64,000 nucleotides of DNA, taken from a bacterium (GTDB lineage Bacteria > Arandabacterota > Arandabacteria > Arandabacterales > Arandabacteraceae). The notes beneath the pieces were generated by a model. It was not told the DNA's origin. It searched no databases and saw only the letters and a program-made list of their open reading frames with translations. The stretch is taken from positions 348-64,347 of the forward strand of contig JALGZP010000002.1 in NCBI GenBank assembly GCA_025774845.1, given 5' to 3'. Below, piece after piece: positions 63,748 through 64,000 of the stretch. Positions within the stretch are counted from its first letter, which is position 1. Every line of letters begins with the position of its first letter. The position numbers and the translations under genes are program-made.

Positions 63748-64000
63748 TGAAAGCGGATCACACCGAGGAGGATGGGGCAATGGAAGGTGTTGAAAAGAGG
63801 GTTAAACCCGGTTATTCAAAGCGAAGAATCCTCATTCTGTGCGTCGTCGCAGCTGCAGTCATTCTCATCTCCATCGGGACCGGGTACAGGCTTGGGAGAA
63901 GAGGTGGAGAGAGTGAGACCTATGCGGAACACGAGCACGGTGCCGGGGAGACATCCGCGGCGGAGGTGTGGACCTGCTCCATGCACCCCCAGATCAGACA
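63744..64000 (+). CDS. Efflux RND periplasmic adaptor (CusB-like), first 85 codons only (runs off window end)
   Basis: Not in ORF track. ATG at 63744 overlaps the upstream stop (ATATGATGA). One TM helix, then EVWTCSMHPQIR, the heavy-metal-binding N-terminal motif of CusB-type adaptors. Confidence 0.75.
   Translation, partial: MMKADHTEEDGAMEGVEKRVKPGYSKRRILILCVVAAAVILISIGTGYRLGRRGGESETYAEHEHGAGETSAAEVWTCSMHPQIR

Noticed and set aside
1-64000. CRISPR arrays, insertion sequences, integrases, prophage or defence-system genes, tRNA/rRNA genes
   Set aside because: I read the intergenic regions (all under ~310 nt) on both strands. I found no repeat-spacer periodicity, no terminal inverted repeats flanking a transposase-like ORF, and no cloverleaf-like sequences. 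The only DNA-level repetition I saw comes from the intragenic protein repeats at 10210..11811 and 61477..62346.

Overview
GC-rich, tightly packed 64-kb fragment from an apparently anaerobic, uncultivated bacterium. Four Por/FlgD-Ig-type C-terminal sorting domains suggest an FCB-group or candidate-phylum lineage. I support about 50 protein genes and recognised no rRNA, tRNA, CRISPR array, transposase or integrase. Block 1 (0-16.3 kb) holds an exported DOMON / small His-Cys protein / beta-barrel trio, an AlkP-family membrane enzyme, and a porin + OFA-type MFS + acetyl-CoA synthetase group. It also holds a 1558-aa papain-family protease and an LVIVD/redoxin protein. Block 2 (16.4-34.4 kb) is one roughly 18-kb minus-strand operon of 17 closely spaced or overlapping genes. 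These are a Cys-rich leader protein, two DRTGG proteins, NuoE/NuoF/NuoG-N-like diaphorase parts (NuoE fused to a receiver domain), four HdrA paralogues and two MvhD. The rest are an HdrD-like CCG protein, a GltD/NfnB-like subunit, an RsbW-like ATPase, a sensory-type [FeFe]-hydrogenase homologue and a hidden ribosomal protein THX gene. Block 3 (34.4-64 kb) holds a B12-radical SAM protein, sulfatase-fold enzymes, exported beta-propellers, Fpg/Nei, DUF1028, an esterase, an ICDH-family enzyme, MgtE and HutH. It ends with a sigma54 two-component system beside a Cus-like efflux locus that has a textbook -24/-12 promoter. Main result: four in-frame UGA codons on the minus strand (14714, 23303, 26163, 39070) truncate or split ORFs in the supplied track. 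Each sits on or within a redox-cysteine motif (HdrA FPTNDCSxC, MvhD CCNWC, TlpA-like WCxxC, a Trx-like GCGxGxC). Each is followed 12-21 nt downstream by a hairpin with a G/U-containing apical loop. I read these as candidate selenocysteine codons with bacterial SECIS elements. Two of the four proteins are exported. All functional calls rest on my reading of motifs; no database search was possible.
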